64,000 nt of DNA, from the NCBI GenBank assembly GCA_050951325.1, contig JBMNIW010000012.1, positions 160,001-224,000 on the forward strand, given 5' to 3'. This DNA comes from Clostridia bacterium (GTDB taxonomy: Bacteria > Bacillota > Clostridia > UBA1212 > DUPL01). Position 1 is the first letter of the stretch; each line of letters begins with the position of its first letter. Made by a program: the position numbers and the translations under genes. The notes under the pieces were generated by a model. The model was given only the letters and a program-made list of their open reading frames with translations, had not been told where the DNA came from and searched no databases. Shown in pieces: positions 60,160 to 64,000 of this stretch.

Positions 60160-60768
60160 TTATATTTTTTCCACCACCAATGTATTGGGATGAACAACAT
60201 CCTTAACAATTATCTGACTCCCGGTGGGAATGTCCTCCTTGCTTTCGGTGACTGCATCAAACTCTCTCAGTCGTTCCTGTACCACAACGCTGACTTTTCC
60301 CTTGCCCTTCCCTTTAGGAGGGATAATTAAATATACTGTTCCCTGTTTTCCAACAGCATTCCTGATATTTATGTTACCGCTGTACTGAAGTTTCATGGCC
60401 ATCTGCATCAACTTTGCAAGTAGAAGCATGGTGGCAAATCCCGCCAACAGTCCTATCAGCAATGCAAAAGGAGTTTTCAAACCAGTTTTCAAACAGAAGA
60501 TTGAGGTCCAGCCGCCTATTGCAAAAAAAGCAAGTATGCCTCTAATTGTCAGAAGCTGTAGACCTGAAACATCTGCAAGATCATCAACACCAAAATCGGA
60601 TCCATCCACATCGAAATCCACAGCATCAACACCATCCATTCCATCCATTGCATCGTCTCCAATGCCGAACAGTGCAAGAATGGTTTGGATAACCAGGATT
60701 ACTGAGGAAGAAGTGGCCAATATGTACAATATTTTCTCAAGCATGGATATAGAATCCCACCAGTTCAT
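60160..60768 (-). CDS. NfeD-like membrane protein
   Basis: Three transmembrane segments plus a C-terminal OB fold (GTVYLIIP...IPTG); upstream of flotillin. Confidence 0.85.
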   Translation of the reverse strand: MNWWDSISMLEKILYILATSSSVILVIQTILALFGIGDDAMDGMDGVDAVDFDVDGSDFGVDDLADVSGLQLLTIRGILAFFAIGGWTSIFCLKTGLKTPFALLIGLLAGFATMLLLAKLMQMAMKLQYSGNINIRNAVGKQGTVYLIIPPKGKGKGKVSVVVQERLREFDAVTESKEDIPTGSQIIVKDVVHPNTLVVEKI

Positions 60769-60825
60769 AGCTTCCCTCCCAAAGGCAATACTATCTATAT
60801 TTATATTATATTTTATTGCAAATAA

Positions 60826-61848
60826 TTACCTTACAACCCTGCCAGAACCATCGCCGCCCATCAAAGTCTTGACTTCATTGACAGTTACTTGGTTGTAGTC
60901 ACCATAAATTGAATGTTTGAGACAGGATGCAGCTACTGCAAACTCTATAGCCTCCCTTGGCTCGTAGTTGTTTAAAAGTGAGTAGATAAGGCCGCCACCA
61001 AAGGAATCACCGCCGCCTACTCTGTCCACAATGTGTACGTTGTATTTTCTGCTGAAATAGTAATCGTTTCCATCAAACAGCATTGCGCTCCAGTTGTTGT
61101 CGTCAGCAGACAAGCTTTCTCTAAGTGTAATGGCAACATACTTAAGACCAAACCTGTCCGCCAGCTGCTTTGCCACATCCTTGTAGCCAGCTACGTTAAG
61201 CTCACCTGAAACAACGTCCGTGCCTCTTGCCTTGATACCAAACACATCGTCAGCGTCCTCTTCGTTGGCTATGCACAAGTCAACATACTGCATAAGCTCG
61301 CCCATTACCTTGCCAGCCTTCTCCCTAGTCCAAAGCTTCTTGCGGTAGTTTAAGTCGCAACTTACCATGATTCCTTTTTCATTGCACTTCTTCAGTGCTT
61401 CCAATGTAACTTCCGCCACATTGTCGCCCAATGCAGGAGTGATTCCGGTAAAATGGAACCATGTTGCGTCATCCAAAACTTTGTCCCAGTCTATTTCACC
61501 AGGCTGGATTGCTGATATGGACGAATATTTTCTATCATAAACAACTTTTGAAGGTCTTTGCGATGCACCGGTTTCAAGGAAATAAATACCGAGTCTTTCT
61601 CCGCCTCTCAATACGTTGCTGGTGCCAACACCGTATTGTCTTAGCGAATTTATGGCAGCCTGACCTATTTCATTCTCAGGCACTTTTGATACAAACACAG
61701 CATTTTCACCGTAATTGGCAAGGGATACACTCACGTTTGCCTCTGCTCCACCAAAAGTAGCAATAAAGTTGTCTGCCTGAACAAATCTCAACCTGTCAGG
61801 GGTTGCCAGCCTCAACATTATTTCTCCAAAACATACAATCTTGTTCAT
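60826..61848 (-). CDS. kdgK: 2-dehydro-3-deoxygluconokinase (PfkB family)
   Basis: GEIMLRL, GGAEANV, DLNYRKKLW and DRVGGGDSF; coupled to eda. Confidence 0.9.
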   Translation of the reverse strand: MNKIVCFGEIMLRLATPDRLRFVQADNFIATFGGAEANVSVSLANYGENAVFVSKVPENEIGQAAINSLRQYGVGTSNVLRGGERLGIYFLETGASQRPSKVVYDRKYSSISAIQPGEIDWDKVLDDATWFHFTGITPALGDNVAEVTLEALKKCNEKGIMVSCDLNYRKKLWTREKAGKVMGELMQYVDLCIANEEDADDVFGIKARGTDVVSGELNVAGYKDVAKQLADRFGLKYVAITLRESLSADDNNWSAMLFDGNDYYFSRKYNVHIVDRVGGGDSFGGGLIYSLLNNYEPREAIEFAVAASCLKHSIYGDYNQVTVNEVKTLMGGDGSGRVVR

Positions 61849-62489
61849 TCTTTCCTACCTCTCCTTACCGCTTCTATATATTTCAATCCAGTTTCATATA
61901 TCGAATCGTAGTCGCCTGTCTTTGCACCCTTGGTCAGATTGCTTCCCACGCCTATTGCCACTGCACCCGCCTTGATCCAGTCTGCAGCATTATCAAGATT
62001 CACACCGCCTGTAGGCATAAGCTTTGCATGTGGCAGCGGACCTTTTACCGCTTTAATAAATGCAGGACCGAACAACTCGCCTGGGAACAACTTTATAATA
62101 TCCACACCGCACTCCATACACTCGACTACTTCCTTTACAGTCATGGCGCCCGCCATGCAGGGAATCTGGTACCTGTTGCATAAAGTAACAGTATCTTTGT
62201 TCAAACAGGGGGTTATGATATATTGTGCGCCTGCCAAGATGGCGTCTCTTGCAGTTTCCGCATCCAAAACGGTTCCCGCACCAATAATAACTTCGCCGTT
62301 TTTGTAAGTCTTTGCAAGCTCTTTAATAACATCACCGGCCCCAGGCACCGTGTATGTTATTTCAACAGCCACAATACCTGCTTTTGCACACTGCTCCGCT
62401 ATTTTAAGTGCCTGTTCCGGGGTCTCGGCTCTTACAACAGCAACAACTCCACAGTCAACAATCCGTTTTAACACTGTACTCTTATCCAT
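61845..62489 (-). CDS. eda: KDPG/KHG aldolase
   Basis: VAVVR, VEIT, GAGTVLD, KLFPG and MPTGGV. Confidence 0.93.
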   Translation of the reverse strand: MDKSTVLKRIVDCGVVAVVRAETPEQALKIAEQCAKAGIVAVEITYTVPGAGDVIKELAKTYKNGEVIIGAGTVLDAETARDAILAGAQYIITPCLNKDTVTLCNRYQIPCMAGAMTVKEVVECMECGVDIIKLFPGELFGPAFIKAVKGPLPHAKLMPTGGVNLDNAADWIKAGAVAIGVGSNLTKGAKTGDYDSIYETGLKYIEAVRRGRKE

Positions 62490-62624
62490 TTATTCATCAA
62501 CCTAACCTTATGAAATTTTTTATATCAAAAATATAATATCACATAATCCGTCACTTTACCATATTACTCTGTAAAGTTCGTACACAAAAATTTAAAGCCA
62601 GGCAATCGCCCGGCCAAACTCTCC

Positions 62625-64000
62625 TTATTGATAATATGATATTTTAATAAGTTCCTGGGGTGACGTTATCCCCTTTCTTACAAGCTCCATTGCGCTCTCC
62701 TTAAGAGTCATCATGCCCTGCTCCTCAATGGCATAAGCCTGTATTTCGTCCATTGGAGCCTTGCTGGATATGAGTGTCCTCAATGTCCTGTCGATTATAG
62801 CCATCTCATGGATGGCAATTCTGCCCTTGTAGCCCGTATTGTTGCAGATGTGGCAGCCGGTACCTTTTTTGACTTCGACAATATCATCGTCAAGGAACTC
62901 TCTTTCTGAAAGCTCCGGTTTGTACGTTGTCATGCAGTATGGACATATTTTTCGAATAAGCCTCTGTGCTACTAGTCCTGTAACGGAGTTAGCTATAAGG
63001 TATGGAGATATGCCCATGTCGTTCAATCTTACTATGGCAGACAAAGCATCATTTGTATGCAGTGTAGACAAGACAAGGTGTCCAGTAATGGCGGCTCTTA
63101 CTGATATCTGTGCGGTTTCTATATCCCTTGTTTCTCCAACCATTATGATATCAGGGTCTTGTCTAAGTATCGCCCTTAATCCCACGTCAAAAGTAAGGCC
63201 TGCCACGTTGTTAACCTGCATCTGATTCACTCTTTCGAGGTTTCTTTCCACAGGGTCCTCAATGGTGGATATGTTTACTTCTCCTTTTGACAAATGTTCC
63301 AATGCCATATACAAAGTTGTGGTCTTTCCGCTTCCGGTAGGACCTGTAATATATATGATTCCGTGAGGTGACATGAGCATTTGTTTAAACTTTTCATAAT
63401 TTGTTGAGTTCATTCCAAACTGGTCCTTGTTGTCGATAGGCGTATCGGTGAGAAGAAATCTCATAACCGCCTTTTCACCATAGATTGTTGGAATTATGGA
63501 CACCCTCACGTTTATTTCATTACCCTCAACAACTGTCCTGAAATGGCCATCCTGGGGGACTCTTTTCTCTGCTATGTTCAGGTTGGAAAGAATCTTTATA
63601 CGTGCTATCAAAGGATTTTGTATTTGATGGGTAAGGTTCATGTAATCGACAAGCATCCCATCCACCCTGAACCTTATTACCGTTCGTTCTTCAAAAGGCT
63701 CTATGTGAATATCGCTCGCGTTGGTACTGTAGCCTTTTGACAATAGACTATCAAGCAGCCTTACCACCGGTGCCAAGGTAGTGCTCTCCGCCTCTTCCAC
63801 ATTCGTTACTTCCACAGTTGTGCTTAGAACGCTGGAATGGGCGTGTTTTGCAGCTTTCTGAGCATCTATTTCACTGTAATAATAGTTGATTAGATCGAGT
63901 ATGCTTTGTGACTCGGAAAGATAAAGGGAGAGATTCATTTTTGTAAGCTGTCTTATGTCCTCAATGGCATAGAAGTTAAGCGGGTCACTCATGGCAACGG
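62625..64000 (-). CDS. GspE/PulE/PilB-family secretion ATPase (5' end outside window)
   Basis: ASDIHIEP, PQDG, Walker A GPTGSGKT, LRQDPD, His box STLHTND and Zn motif CPYC/CHIC. Confidence 0.93.
   Translation of the reverse strand, partial: VAMSDPLNFYAIEDIRQLTKMNLSLYLSESQSILDLINYYYSEIDAQKAAKHAHSSVLSTTVEVTNVEEAESTTLAPVVRLLDSLLSKGYSTNASDIHIEPFEERTVIRFRVDGMLVDYMNLTHQIQNPLIARIKILSNLNIAEKRVPQDGHFRTVVEGNEINVRVSIIPTIYGEKAVMRFLLTDTPIDNKDQFGMNSTNYEKFKQMLMSPHGIIYITGPTGSGKTTTLYMALEHLSKGEVNISTIEDPVERNLERVNQMQVNNVAGLTFDVGLRAILRQDPDIIMVGETRDIETAQISVRAAITGHLVLSTLHTNDALSAIVRLNDMGISPYLIANSVTGLVAQRLIRKICPYCMTTYKPELSEREFLDDDIVEVKKGTGCHICNNTGYKGRIAIHEMAIIDRTLRTLISSKAPMDEIQAYAIEEQGMMTLKESAMELVRKGITSPQELIKISYYQ

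Overview
Chromosomal window from a spore-forming Clostridia-class bacterium. The left arm (1-20.3 kb) carries sporulation, germination and housekeeping genes: gerA, ligD-ku, spoIIR, murI, ddl, gerM-like, spoIIQ-like, spoIID and nadABC. A RAYT/aldolase/sialidase islet sits between spoIID and spoIIQ. The right arm (50.8-64 kb) carries a group B [FeFe]-hydrogenase, sugar metabolism genes, nfeD-flotillin, kdgK/eda and a PilB/GspE ATPase. The middle 30 kb is a nested mobile region that can be reconstructed base by base. An IS1634-family element with a 228-bp target duplication (20244-20471 / 50581-50808) was split by a 28.2-kb composite unit (21294-49464, TTTATC duplication). That unit is bounded by two direct copies of an unusual 4.3-kb IS21-family element carrying a ParB-like gene and a second accessory ORF; the left copy was later hit by an IS30 element with a 2.1-kb deletion. 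All three target sites of the IS21-ParB element lie inside transposase genes of other IS elements. The cargo encodes an alpha-galactosidase/NPCBM module and a partly decayed non-cellulosomal cohesin-dockerin surface-protein set. Other points of interest are a 37-bp duplication around a 32-bp insert inside a gene (resembling an off-target CRISPR spacer integration), an unannotated N/Q-rich peptide behind a sigG-like promoter, and a candidate small RNA. All family assignments come from motif recognition by eye; no database searches were run.
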